Shown here: positions 35,340 through 48,135 of the stretch, piece after piece
How positions within the stretch are numbered: the stretch's first letter is position 1
How the letters are laid out: each line of letters starts with the position of its first letter
Source: Raillietiella orientalis
Taxonomy: Eukaryota
DNA length: 64,000 bases
Direction: 5' to 3'
Assembly: GCA_036172245.1 (NCBI GenBank)
Contig: JAYWIR010000001.1
Span: 8,246,001-8,310,000 of the forward strand
Notes under the pieces: model-generated
Told to the model about the DNA's origin: nothing
What the model saw: the letters and a program-made list of their open reading frames with translations, nothing else
Database searches by the model: none
Translations under genes and position numbers: made by a program

Positions 35340-35850
35340 GGGACGCAGTCTTACCTCGATCTGGTGTCTCTTAACAAGGGGCACCCGCTCTTCCTTCTGC
35401 CGAGGCTTGTGGGAGTACTGGAAGCGATCTTTCCTTCCTCACTTTCTCCGAGGTGTGCCCGGCGTGGAGTCGCGGAATGCGCCTTCCTGCAGCAGCCTTT
35501 TCGGGAGCCTTTTTCTACCCCTGTTTGCCCGGACTCTCTCCCACTTGCCGTCCAGGTGCTCGTGACATCACTGCTGGGACTGTTCCATCTTCCTGAGGTT
35601 GCACCGGACGTCGGCAACGTTGGTGCGTATAGCAGACAGCATTTTCGCACCACCGAGAGCCAGTTTTTGGTCCTTGCATGGCTGGCTCTGGAAAAGCAGG
35701 GGGAGTTGAGAACGGCCCTCTCGACTCTGAATTTCTCCCTTTGTTTTGTGATCTTAGCATACTGGTCCAGAAAACGTCGGTTCTGTACCAGCGCGTTTCT
35801 GCAGTGATCTGTTGTGGTGATGCTGCGGTGGTCTGTCCCTCGCCACACTT
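35340..35850 (-). mobile_element. Decayed RTE-like non-LTR retrotransposon 3' fragment
   Basis: Across frameshifts and stops it reads ...KFRVERAVLNS / LLFQSQPCKDQKLALGGAKMLSAIR...RLPKRLLQEG...PGTPRRK*GRKD. This is the same order as the RTE post-RT motifs (K.RVY.AV..S.LLYG.E.W, KMLR.I, RLPK.LL...GRPR.RW.D). Matched by eye only. Confidence 0.5.
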
Positions 35851-37036
35851 GTGATCGTGGTGTACACGTGACCAGTCCGCTTCCATCTCTCGCGCGGAGG
35901 TTCCCACTCGGCTTTTGGGAGCTCCCAGAGAACGGTCCGGAGGAAGACCTGAAGTTTGGCCGAACTATCTGGTCAGCTCGAGGTGGTAGCCGTTTCGAGG
36001 AGCAGAAGGGAGTTCCACTCCCTCAGGCCTATCGAAAGAAATATCAAAGCCGCACTTTCCGGTGGCGAGCGGTCAGCCGAAGTTCCGCGATCCGAAAGCG
36101 TTGCCCTGGACGACGACGCCTCCGGTGTTAACCGCCCGGATTACACTCCCGCCGACTTCTCGCCTTCCTGTGAGTGAGCCGGAGCATGCTTGCGTGATCC
36201 AGCAGGGACTACCGCCAGGTTCGCAACAGTCTCGTGAGGTTTCTGGCTTCCCCGTGCACACAAACAGCCCGCGAGTGAAACCTCTTGGTGCTGGCTCCTT
36301 GGACCAACGGCGAGGACAATAGCAGCGACCTCTTGCTCTGCAAAACTTCAGACCCTTCCGCTGTGCCTCTCCAGCCGCTTGCCGCATGCACTTTCCTGCT
36401 CTTCTTCCCCTCAAGTTGAAAAGTTCTTCCCGCTCCCCTGCTGAGTCAGTCAGCGCCACAAGCCTTCTGGAACACCTGGAAGAGCGCTCTCGTTTTTCTG
36501 TCCATCCTTAGCGATTCCTCAGGGAACAACTTGAGGCGTAAGAACATCGGGTGCCGTAGTTTTCCTTCTGGGATGCTCTCTGGGACGTCCGTAATAGAAA
36601 GCAGTTTAAGGAGTAATTTCGAGTTTTATGGAGAAGGAGAAGGAAATGCTTCCATTTTCTTGTAAGCCTAAGTGGTGTGGATTTGCAGATGCGGAGACGA
36701 CGAAGAAACGGCTACAGTCTTCGTGTAGCGCGTCCGTGAAGAGCTGTGGATAAATTTCGATTTTGTGGCACAGCATCAAAATTGATTGCCTAAAATGGAA
36801 GAAAGAAACACAAAGATCTGAGTTGGTCGAACTGTGAAGCAACGAAAACGATAGAGTCGAAACTATAGGCTCCAGTTGATTCCATATCTACAAAACACTA
36901 AAAACTTTTTCAAGTTGCATGGTAGATTAACGGTTTCTTTTTCCAGTTTTCCTCCAAAGTGGAACAATAGGTGTCTTCCTTCTTTCGTAAGTTTTTAGGT
37001 ACATCTTGTGTCTTTTGTAAATACCACTGCATCATC

Positions 37037-37087
37037 TGCGAATCTGCATCATCCACGTGCAAGGCACGGGGATGATGCAGATTCGTA
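37037..37087. repeat. Inverted repeat / hairpin (16-bp perfect stem, 1 mismatch, 5 more bp, 3-nt loop)
   Basis: CGAATCTGCATCATCC-A-CGTGC-AAG-GCACG-G-GGATGATGCAGATTCG. Confidence 0.85.
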
Positions 37088-40000
37088 CGTTATACGGAAG
37101 CCTACTGTATCCAAATTTCGGCTTTCATTCCGTAAGCGTGCGCTCGTATACACATCCGTACATGCATTTTTAATGATTCCATGCTGGTGGGACCAAGATG
37201 GATGCACGTGTCATGTTGCGAATCACAGGGAACGGACCCCTCAGCAGACATCTGATGCCACCCCATCGCCCCACCTAGCAGCACATTCCCAGTGTGATCG
37301 GCAGCCACAAAGAGGAACTCACATCGAAAGTGAGACCTAGGTGTCGAGGGCGTGGGAGAGCTTCTCGCAGCCCGAACCCGCGCGCGCGCGAGAGAGAGGA
37401 AAAGCAAAAAAAAAAAAACAAATCACCCGCACCGCTCTCTGAATCCTCCGCGAATCAACAGATGGTGCTGACCGAAGATCCGCCCGCGCTCGGCGCCTGC
37501 CTGATCTCGCGAGCTGGTTTCCGGAAGAGGAAAGGCGCCAAAAATAAAAAGGGCGCGACTTCTCCAGCCCCCCCCGTTCCTTCTTGGTCTTCTCTTCTTG
37601 GCAACCAGGGAGCAACCAGGGAAGGACTCGCTCCTGCGTCCTTTCCTCTCCCGGCGGGTCGCGGCGGTGGTGGCGGCGCTCCTGAGTTTCAGGATTTTTC
37701 TTGCCCTGAGCCGCCTTGAGTCAGCGTTTCCGATCAGCGGGGGATGAGATTTTTTTCCCCTCCCATCCTCTTGGGGCGAGGCCACGCCTTCACCTGATCC
37801 CGATGGAGAAGCGCCGCTGTCCGCATCGACCTTTCCGTTTCCACACTGCATCGGCCTCCCTCTTCTCGGTTTTTCCTCCAGCCCTCCAAGCATCGCTTGC
37901 GGTCCAGCTTCATCCAGGAAACGGAGGAATCCTGGGAGCACCCCATTGCGTGTTGCAGCAGCCTTTCTTCCTTCTCTTCCTTGGAGGGAGAGCTCATGTC
38001 CCCTACAGTTTGCTGCAGTGGCCCCTGGAAGGGTCTTGCGTGCTCGGAGTCAGGTCGGGGTTCCGGCGAGGAGCCGTGGCTGCTGACCGGCGCCTCGGGA
38101 CCACCATCTTTCCCTCTCCTCCCATGGGATCTCGTGCTCTCGTGCTCGGTGGGTTTCTCTTCTGGAGAAGGTCTGGGGCGGCATGAGATTGTCGGTGGAC
38201 AAAGGGAAAAAGTCTCTGATCGATCGGGGTTGGAAGCTCGTCCCGGAAGGGAGGAGCCAAGGATTCAGCATCCGGGACGGCTTCCCGCCTCGTTTCTTCC
38301 TCCTCCCCTTCCGCCTCCTTCAGCTGATGGAATGAGGACTCGTCGGAGAGAGAGGTCCACGTGACGGGATCGGTCGAAGCGCGCGCGGGACTCTGTCCGG
38401 ATGGATGCGGTTCGGGAGCAGGGGAGCGCGCATGATCCAACAGTCGACCATCAGCGACCTTGGCGTCAGCGAAACGTCCGTCCTCCTGAGCGGAGGACCG
38501 GCGCTTCCCTCTCGTTTCCCTGCCTTCCCTCTCCGGAGCTTTCCCGAGCACGCGGGCGCAAGGAGCGGAGGCGCGCTCCGCCGCGTCCTTCTCCGCCCTC
38601 TCCCTCAGGAGGAGGAGGCCGCTCATCAGGAAGCAGAAAGGGCGAGATCATGTCTCTCTCACGAGTTCTGGGGACTCCGGGAAGCAGCCCTGCTCGGGGG
38701 GAAAGGGGAGGAAAGACTCCGGAGATGTCGCCGGATCCGGGTGCCGGTGGCGCGTTTCGAAGGAGCAGCAGCTGCGATGGTGGAGGAGATCGGAGATTCT
38801 GTGGAGCGACGAGACACGCTGGGAGAAGCCTGGAGCTTCTCCCCTCCCCATCCACCCACCGAATTAGCAGGATGGGTACGCGGGTGCTAGGGTGCGGTGC
38901 GGGGGTGAGAGGGAGGAATGAAGGCGGCGGCTCCTTCTCTTGCGAAACGCATCTTCCCGTGCATCCTTGAAGGAAGGATTGATGGAGAGTCCCTCCTTTC
39001 GTTCCTTCCCTGCTCCCTCTTCCTGCAGCTCGCACTATGCTTCGGTACGTTTCGTGGTCTTCTCGCTGACGCCATTCTCCAGCCCTCTTTCGTTCCGTGA
39101 ACATCACCACTGCTCATCCCCTAAAGGGGGGGGAATCGTGGGCCTCCTCGCCTTGGGGGCATCCGCGGACCGAACAGAACTGTTGCGGAGGGCGCGGGGC
39201 TCGAGGAGCAGTCGAGGACGACGGTGGCGGTGGTGGTCATGAACGTTTCTGCTGCTCCCTAGCCAGGAGAACTTCTTTCCGGAGTAGAAGAAGAGCAAGA
39301 GGGCGGTGAAGGGTCAGTCGAGGACTCCCTGGATGGATCCTGGGAGGACCGGGCTGGACCTCCGCCTGCAAGACCGCAGGCGGAGGTCGCTTCCGTGTCG
39401 CTGTCGGGAGGTTCTCGAAAGAGGGGCGCAGGAGCCCTATGTTCCGGCCTGGAGAGGAGAACCACGCCCTCGGAAGAGGAGGAGGAACCTCTCCGGGACG
39501 CTGATTTCGAGGGGGAATCGTAGTGGCGACGGCGGTGACAGCGGCTATCAGGAGGAGCATCCAGGACACTTCGGACTTCCGGGGAGCGTCCTCCATGTCG
39601 GGCTCGACGGGTCGAGAGCGTGGACGCGCTACCGGAGCCTCCCTTCCGAAGGTCAAGGAAACGAGAGGGAGGAAGCGGGGAGAGGCGGAAGTGGAGACAG
39701 GGAAGGAAGCAGAGGAAACCCACTGATTCGTGATGCTTGGGATCGTGATCGATGATCCTCGACAGTGGCGCTGCAGCGCGGGAAGGGGCGCTCGCGGCGG
39801 CTGGCGAGCAGCAACTTGCTCTTCCCTTCCATCTCCACACAAGTCCTCAATGACCCCGTCCGGAGAGATGCAAGAGCCCAGAGGTCACGTCTCCCCTCGA
39901 AAGCGCTGTCTCCCTCACAGGAGTATGAGAGGAACTCAGCGGCGTGTGACACGGGAAGGCGGATTTATATTTCCGCGTCTGGTTCCAGAAATCCGTCTGA

Positions 40001-41854
40001 GAGGAAGGAAGAGGACGGGTTGACCTGAGCCTCCACCGGGCTGCCTGCAGGACGCGACGCGCCGGGATCTCCCCGAGGAAAAAGCAGATCACAGCATCCT
40101 TTCCGAAAAGAATTCGGATGCAATCCCCCGGGATTCGCTCGTGCTTCTCGGACCTGGCCGCGGTCTTCTCAGGGTCGCCGACGAGGTATGAGAGGAAGGG
40201 CGCAACTGATGACGTCGTTCTTCCTCGGCGATCCAAAAATCGCTGGCGAATCACGGGAAAAGAGGTGTCGGGAAGAAGAGGCTGAAGCATCTCCCATGGA
40301 GGGCGGGATCTGAGTGGGGAATTCGTGGGGAAATTGGGGTCGAGGAGGTCTCCAAGGGCTCGTGGTGGGATGGCGTCCTCTCCACGTGATGGCCGTCGCC
40401 GTCTTCGGTTTTTTCCACCGCCCCAAATCCCGGCGATCCTGCCTCATGTGAAGTTCACCGCCGGTGGAGACACGTACTCCCGTGGCGCTGGGGTCGCCCC
40501 TCCGCCATCCGGAGCCGGGAAGCAAAAGTGAGACTGCAGGGCACCGGCTTTCCGCTCTTCCCCTGCACCTTCCCTGCTTTCCTTTGTCAGTGACCGCGGG
40601 CGTCCTCCCGGCGTTGCCTCGGCACGGGTGCGAAGCATTCTAGGGAAGAGGGAAGGATCCGTTTGGAAAGAGTTCCGAAGAAGCCGTGTGGGGAGCAGGA
40701 AGGGTCCCGACCCGGACAATGAGGGTCCTGTGGTCTGTCGTGCGGGGGGCAGTCACAGAAGAACCGCTCCCTTCTTGGCTCGCTGGGGTGGGGGAGGACA
40801 TCGCTGAGGGTGACATCGAAGAAGCGGGAGCGGCGAGGGGGGATGGCTCCTTTGGTAACTCCATCCTTGTCGCCGTCGAACATCCAGAGGATTTCTGGTT
40901 CGAGTCGAGCGGGAAGCCATCGAGAAAGCGCGCAGAGAGCGCATCCGGCGGTCGCCCCAGTAGCCGCAGGCAAGCCGACACGAATGAACTCGTCGAAAAA
41001 AAAGTCCAAGAGGAAAAAAAGAAAGAAGAAAAAAAAGGGAACAGGAAAGGGGGGGGGAGGAAAGAGAGAGAGGGAGAGATGAGAGCCGAAACGCACACTG
41101 GTTACAGGAGGGAGGCTGGCGCGCCCACCGTATCGAGGCGCGCGTCCGTTCGTCACTGGGGAAGCAATGCGCCAAATGAGAGCTAACAAGATTCCCGCGC
41201 GAGATTAGGCAGCAGAGCGAGGAAGAAAGATGGAAACCAAACAGGGAGCTTGCCGCGGCCAATAAACATGCCATTAAGGGGGAAAGAGGGGGGGAGTTCG
41301 CTCTCCCTACGCGGTGACTTGGAGTCCCCCCATTTAACACGCGCGCCTTTCGGAATTCGAGAGCCTCACCTTGAAAGCTGACCCCTTCACACCGGATTAC
41401 GCTTTGTCAAGCAGAAAGCGTAAACAGTCCTCGAAGCCGCCGAGCAGGCCATGCCCATCGGGACACCGACGGAGGAGGTGGAGTGGCTCTGCCACCCGCT
41501 CCGCGGGGAAGGAAGAGCGGCGAGCCGACCGGGGAACAAAAGGCACCCCTTTCGCCCCTGCCGTCCGCGTGCGACCACCGCCGACGACGATGGCGGGATT
41601 TTTGACTCCCCGCTTTCCCGGGAAACTTGCCGTCCTCCCGCTCCGTTGTCGTCGCCGCTGCGAACGCCGGGCAGCACTGACCGAGTCGAACAATTTAATC
41701 CCGCGCGCCTTTCCCTCTCCCATCTCCACCCGGGCGGAGGACGAGAGCCGACCTCTTCCATGATATGCTAATCAGTGAGGGCGATTAGTAGCCGCCATTA
41801 GTGTTCCTTTCCTCCTCTCCTTTGGTGGCATCCGTGGAGACTCAGTCGAAAGCA

Positions 41855-42130
41855 CGAGGGAGAGAAAGGGAGGAGGAGGGAAAGAGGAGGAAGGGAGGAG
41901 GGGAAGAGGAGGAAAGGAGGAGGGAAAGAGGAGGGAAAGAGGAGGAAGGGAGGAGGGGAAGAGGAGGAAAGGAGGAGGGAAAGAGGAGGAAAGGAGGTGG
42001 AAAGGAGGAGGGAAGGAGGAGGAAGGGAGGAGGAAGGGAGGAGGAAGGGAGGAGGAAAGGAGGAAAAGAGATGGAAAGGAGGAAGGAAGGAGGAGAAGGA
42101 AGGGGAGAAGGAGAAGGAAACGAGGAGAGA
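41855..42130 (+). repeat. Polypurine GGA-rich imperfect tandem repeat, about 275 bp
   Basis: Almost only G and A; recurring GGAGGAAGGGAGGAGGGGAAGAGGAGGAAA-like units. Confidence 0.9.
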
Positions 42131-45100
42131 GAATTATTTTTCCCGGCGTCCGATGGCTCTTGGAGGCACCTTTCCTTGTAAGGGACGGTAGAAGTCGAGA
42201 GATAGGATCTTCTGTTCCTGGGATCCGGCAAGATGACGAGAGAGACTGTGGTGCAGGAACGGGAGAGGGCATTTGTTCCATCGACCACGAGGAGTCGGTA
42301 GGTTCCCTCCATTCGTTTCAAGAGGCGCCATTTCCTCATCACCGCCGGACGTGGGCGCAGTCATCTCAGCATGACGTAAAGAGAAAGTCGAAGACAGGAG
42401 AGAGAGACTTTGAGAAGAAATGTACAGTCCGAAACCAAGAGAACTTTCTAAGTGGAGAGTGGAAGAAGCGCCTTCCGGTTGGTTGGATCAGCAAGATTCA
42501 TGCCTTCGGGGCTCGAAGGCGATGATGGTAACAGGTTTCCCCTCGCTGGTAACCCATGGGGCGTCACACGTCCGATTCGCGCCTCCCACTCCCCTCCGAC
42601 TTCCGTCACTCCTGTGCTCCACTGCCCTAGGACCGAAGATGCAAGAAGGTATTTTGTTTTTTTGTTTTTTTTTCAGATGAGCATGTGAGAAGGTGACCTC
42701 CCGCATCCTAGTGGATTCTGCGTTCCTTTGCATTTTAGCCTTCGTCTCCCGCCGCCTTCGAGAAGGCTTCATCACATATTCATCTGTCTCTCGAGGACGT
42801 GGATGAGTGAGTTAGGGGAACCGGAAGCCGCGTCGTAGCGTGCTCTGACGGCACGGGTGCAGAGAGAGCGCGTCACACCCAAGGACCGGTGTGTGCAATG
42901 ACTCCTTGACGTTCGAGGCAGTAGATCTCTCTCACTCTCTGATACACTCTACTTTCTTCTTCGAAGACTTCGCGGTCCAATTCCAGAAAACCGAACCAAT
43001 TCCACGGATCTTTGGGTGCCAGCAGGGGATTCTAATCTCTGGCGCCGCGACAGGCAAGTGCGGGCCGGCCGGAGCACCGCCTTCCCATCTCTTTCGCCTG
43101 GACTTTCTCATGACTTTTCTCTCTCTCTCTCCTTCTTTCCTTTCCTTTCCTTTCCTCGTGGGTGTCACGGGCCCTTGGCTGGACCACGTGAATCAAACCT
43201 TCCCTCTGCCAGGACTCCCTCCGAAGAAAAGAAATTCTCCATTATAGTGTTTTCCTCTTTGATGTTTCTATAATTTCGTCCTCGGAGCTGTGAAGCGACT
43301 CTGGAGCGGTGAATTCCCTCCCAACCATCGATCAGAGCGTGAAGGCCGCCTGAAAAGACGCTGGTAAAATTTGTCCTCTTTTCTTCTTTTATTGACTATA
43401 GAAAGCGCGTCTCTTCCGAGGTGGGTTGCCCCCTTGTGCGCGCGTCTACGAGACTTCCGAGGTGGACGACAGCGCACCTGGTTCCTCCGCCCAAAGGGGA
43501 GCATCGGCTGCCTTTTTTTTTTTTTTTTTTTTCCTTTAGGACCGCGGAATCCTTCCTTGCCTGTCTCCTGGGCGGTTTCTCGCTCTGTCGGCTCCCGCGC
43601 GGAGCTTTGCCTCCGCCTCGGTCGGCGCCTCCTGCGTCCAACGCGGAAATCGGAGTGGCGCGTCGAATCGCAGGGCTGGAGGGCTCAAGTGGATGGCTCT
43701 CAGGAAAAGAGGGGAAGACAAACAAACAGGTCGAAGAGTGGCTCGTGTGATGGCGACGACGACCGGGAGGGACAGAATAAAAGGGGGATGGGGAGACGTG
43801 CTCTGGACGTTCATCAGTAGATGGCCTCACTCGCCGCTTCACCCCACGGCCACTGTGGTCGGACGGCGAAACGGGCAGTAGGACATCTCCACGCTGCGAT
43901 GGACACCGAAAGAGTTCAGAAGTTTCCGTTTTTTTTTATTGTCTCTAGAGGTTGAGGAGCATCGCAGGGGGCTGCCAGAGGGAGTCCAGATCTCGATGGC
44001 TTCCACCCCTTCCTCTAGCTTCGTTCCTTCGTCTGTCCTCTGTGAGGAACGTCCGAATGAAACTGGGAGAATGCGAGGAGGGTGCCCGCATCTCCCAGCT
44101 TCGCTCCTGGACCTGGGGAGACGACTCCATCTGATGGGATTTTCCTGAGCCGACCGTGTCCAGTCCTCGTGGTCGCCTCCCTCGCCCTGGCGCAGGAGGA
44201 GCAATAGGGGTGAGAGGTCGTTTCTCCCTCCCCCACGACCCATCTTTTGCCGATCATCGAACTCGAGCTGCCTCCGGCTGTTCCGCACTCGGTGTGGCCC
44301 ACTGCGAGTTCCTCGCCCGCTTCGCCAAGCGAAGGAAGGGAAAACTCTGACGGCGTGATGACACAATCCCCCCCCCCTCCTCGTCCTTCTCTCCTCAGTT
44401 CGCCAGGACCTCCTCCTGCTTTTCACCTTCTAGACAATGAGGAAGAGGGCGGCAGTGGGACGTCTCCAGGAGGCGACGACAACGATGCCACTCAGCATTT
44501 TCTTTCGACTCGAGATGGCGCCGAGGCACCCTGCTGAAAGCTCTTCCCGAAGGGGGTTGGCTGGCTGTACGCTCGCTCTTGTCCCCTCCCTTCTATTCCT
44601 CTCTCACGGACTCCTTAGAACACGCGTGCGCTTCCTCCTCCTCCCCACCCAGTTCCTCCCTTTCCTCCTCCCCTACAACCTCCTCCACCCGTTTTTCCCC
44701 TTCCCTCCTCCTTTTGGATGGCCCGAAAAAATTCGCCACCCTGATCGTCGCTGCCAGGGTCCTCGAGAGAGGGGCATTCGGGCTTGATGGCGCGTGAATC
44801 GCTGCGTGAATGGCAGGAAAGAGCGTGACCAATTTGGGGTAGTTTAAGACGGCGGCGTTCCATCCCGTTAGATCGCGGCTGTCACCCCCGCCCGGTATCG
44901 GCTGCCTCGGCGGCGGCGGCGGGGTGATACTCCCCCACTTGCATACAATGCGGAGGGTGCCCCCCGGCCGGCAAGGGGCTGGACGAGGAGACGGGAGGTC
45001 GGGGGGAAAGGATCTGAGTAGCCCCCGCCGCGCTTCCCGCGGGAGGCACGTCCCCCCCCCTTTTGTGTTTTTTTGTGGCTCTTGCCCGCTGCCGCTGCCC

Positions 45101-47994
45101 CGAGAAGCGCGGGGTGTCCGTGTCCTGCCCTTCCTCTCCTCCTCCACCTCTCGCCTGCAATCCCTGGACGGTCACATTTGCGGTGCACCCACGGAGGAAG
45201 GAAGGAAAGGGAAGACGGCAGGGCGGGGACGGCGTCAGAGGCTCCCGGCTTCTGCTCCGTCCCTCTTTCGTGTCCCGCTTGTTCCCCTCTCCCCCTCCTC
45301 CTCCTCCCCCTCCGAGTCCCTGGAGCTCCCTCTCTTGCGCAACAACAGCATAAAGAGGAGGCAGCTCCACGGAGCACGAGGAACACATGTACCTCGGAGG
45401 GACGGACAATAGGGACGCCGGGAAGGTCCCGCGAAACGGACCTACTCGCGCGAAGATTAATGCTTCTCGGCCTCAATGGATCTTCCGATAGACCAAATCA
45501 CAACTCTTGTAATTCCTCGGGACTCATAAATAATTCGCTGTTTTACCTTCCCGGGGGATGCTTACATGTACACTCGTCCCGCGCATAATGGGGCCGGGCG
45601 TAATCCCCCAGGAGCCACTCCTCTCCGGAGGTACAGAATGCCTTCCTCGCGTCGCCCCAACAGCTGTAATCAATTAAAGAAGAAAACGAGCTGTGGATAT
45701 TCAACAAGCGAAGAATGAAACGTTTATGCGCGCGTCCGAATCATAGGGGTGAGCGGGGGGGTCCGGCGCCATGAAATTGGCGTTCGTCCTTTCATGCATC
45801 CAATGGAGGTTATCAATGAGCCGCATCTCGGGGCCACCACTTTTGATGAATTGACATTTTCGGTAGTCTTCGTGTCCGATCGCCGGCACAATGCGCGGGA
45901 GAGAGAAAAAAAAAAGACTCATGACAATCCAGATTGATCGTCTCGGAGGCCGTGACGTCACCGGGAGGAGATTTTCCGAGCGGTGGATTTCTTCCCCGCC
46001 ACCACGGACGCGCTCCCGGCGCCGCGAATGCCCTCCGAAATGCAGGAGGAGGAGACGGAAAAAGCGGGGAGTGCGGGCCCGCCCTCTGGGTGCTCATCTG
46101 CACCGCTCCGAGCCAGAGGACCAGCTAAATGCCACGGAGGAATCCAAACGCGCCCTCGACGTGCTGGGAAAGCACAGGAACGAGCGCGAACCGCGCTGCA
46201 GATGGGCATGGGCTTCTGGGAGGAGGACAGAGTGGAAACTGGAGTTGAGGAGAGCCTCACACTTCCGAGAGCATCGAGGCGGATGCACGTGCTGGCTCCC
46301 GTAGCACATCAAAGGCACACGAGCGGGAACGCGAAGAAGCACGTAGCACCTCTCTCCCTGCATCTCTACGCATCGCCGTCCGAGATGAGAGGCAGAGGGA
46401 GAGGGATGGAGGCTCGGAAGCACGGGGAGAGGCCCGCTGCACGACGGGGGGGGAGGGGAAGAGTTGGGGTCACGCGGCGCGGGCGTTCCGAGAGACGCAG
46501 GCAAGAAAGCACAGAGCGACAGAAGGGGAGACAGGAAAGCAGCAAACATGGAAGGAAACAATCCGGGAGCACGCAGAGAAGCCTCTGGGCACGCGAGGGG
46601 GGAAACACAGGCGGCGCATGAGCGGAAACGAGCACCCGTGGGCGCAAGCACAGGGGTGACGTCGACGCAGACACGCGCCAAGGCTCCCTCCACCTTGAAA
46701 GTGGCCATCGTTTTCCGCCGCCCACCACCGCTCTCAGAGGCGGTGGCGGCGGCAAGAGTGACGATCGCCGCCTCCGGAGGACGGCGCATACAGACTCGTC
46801 TGCAGACAAGCGGAAATGCCTGCTGGGAACCCACGCCGCGCCGTCCATAGCTGCTGCTGCTGGCGCCGCCGCTAGCAACTCCCGGGCTCCTCGCGCGTCG
46901 CCACGGAGCAGGTTGGCAGTCTCAGGCGGCTGCTCCCGGTGCGGTCCGCCTGCTCGCCTCAGCGCGTGGACCCCGCCGCTGCAGGCGGTGAGGCACCTCG
47001 CTGAGCTTCGGCATTTTTGCTCAGGGAACGGGACACCCGAGGGGACCCCACCATCACGCAGAGCTTTTTGCCCGTCAAAGATGCGGCTGCTTCGGGCTCC
47101 CGGATGCCCTCTTCAGAGCGGTCTTCGAGGAACAGAGGCCGGAACACGAGAACGAGGTCGTCTGGAGGACGGAGAAGTATCTCCTGCAGCGTTCTGAGCT
47201 CTCTCTTCTTCTCTCCAGCATCCCGTCCCTCTCTCTGCGCTGCTTCCCCTCACGGCTGGGCTCGACGCGTGCCAAGCTTGGGACGCGTTCCAGACCGCCG
47301 ACTCTTCGCTCTGCCCGACGGTCGCTTGGCAGCGAGCCCTCGCGTGACATCCCACGGTCCGCTTCCCCATCCACTCCCACTTTCCTCTTTTTGGCTCTTT
47401 CCACCGCTCGGCGAAGCGTTCGATTTCGCAGTTTCCGTCTTCCTGCGGCGACGGCTGGAGTCCTAGTCCCGCCACCTCGGACTGGAAGAGTCCGTGCGCG
47501 TCCTCCCGCAGCAAACGGAGAGGGCGGGCAGTAGAGCAGGTCGGCTGCTTCGCACAGGCAACCAGTGGTCTCCTGGAGAAGCAGGAGAGGATGTGGGATG
47601 AGATCGCGTCAGCGTCAGGGTGATGGCAGCGACACTGGTTGTGATGTAGGAGAAACGAAGGTTCTCGCAGGAGGGAAAAGAGCTCCCGACGCGCTGGTCT
47701 GCGCAAGGAAAAGGCGCGCGTGCCTTCAGGTACCGGGAATGGCGCGACGCGAGGGAAGGAGTGAGAAGAGCACGCTGCAGCCAAAAGCAAAGCGTGAAAT
47801 TCTTCCCCTTCTTCTCCCGCCATCCTCTTCCGCTCCCGTGCTCTCTCTCTACACCCGTTCGCCAATGTTTTCCTTCGCGTGCAGGAAATCCTTCCCTGTG
47901 TCCTTTCCGCTTTCACCTGGCAACCGCCCCCTCCTCTGCAATCATCTCCTCCTCCCAGATGCTTTACGCGTGCGTCCATTTCGTCCTCTCGTAC

Positions 47995-48135
47995 CTCGGC
48001 ATCCACTCTGCCCCCATCTGTGTGCTTCCAATCTCTCCTCTTTTGCAGCGGCCTCCACTCTGTCACCTGCGTATGGTTACTCTGTTTTCTCTTACAGCGG
48101 CATCCACTCTTCCCCCTTCTGTGAGCGTCCACTGC
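47995..48135 (+). repeat. Degenerate three-copy tandem repeat, period about 50 bp
   Basis: CGGC(A/C)TCCACTCT(G/T) starts at 47997, 48049 and 48098; copies 1 and 3 continue CCCCC(A/T)TCTGTG. Confidence 0.75.

Noticed and set aside
47995-48135. CRISPR-like repeat-spacer pattern
   Set aside because: Eukaryotic context, three degenerate copies with related spacers, and no cas genes.
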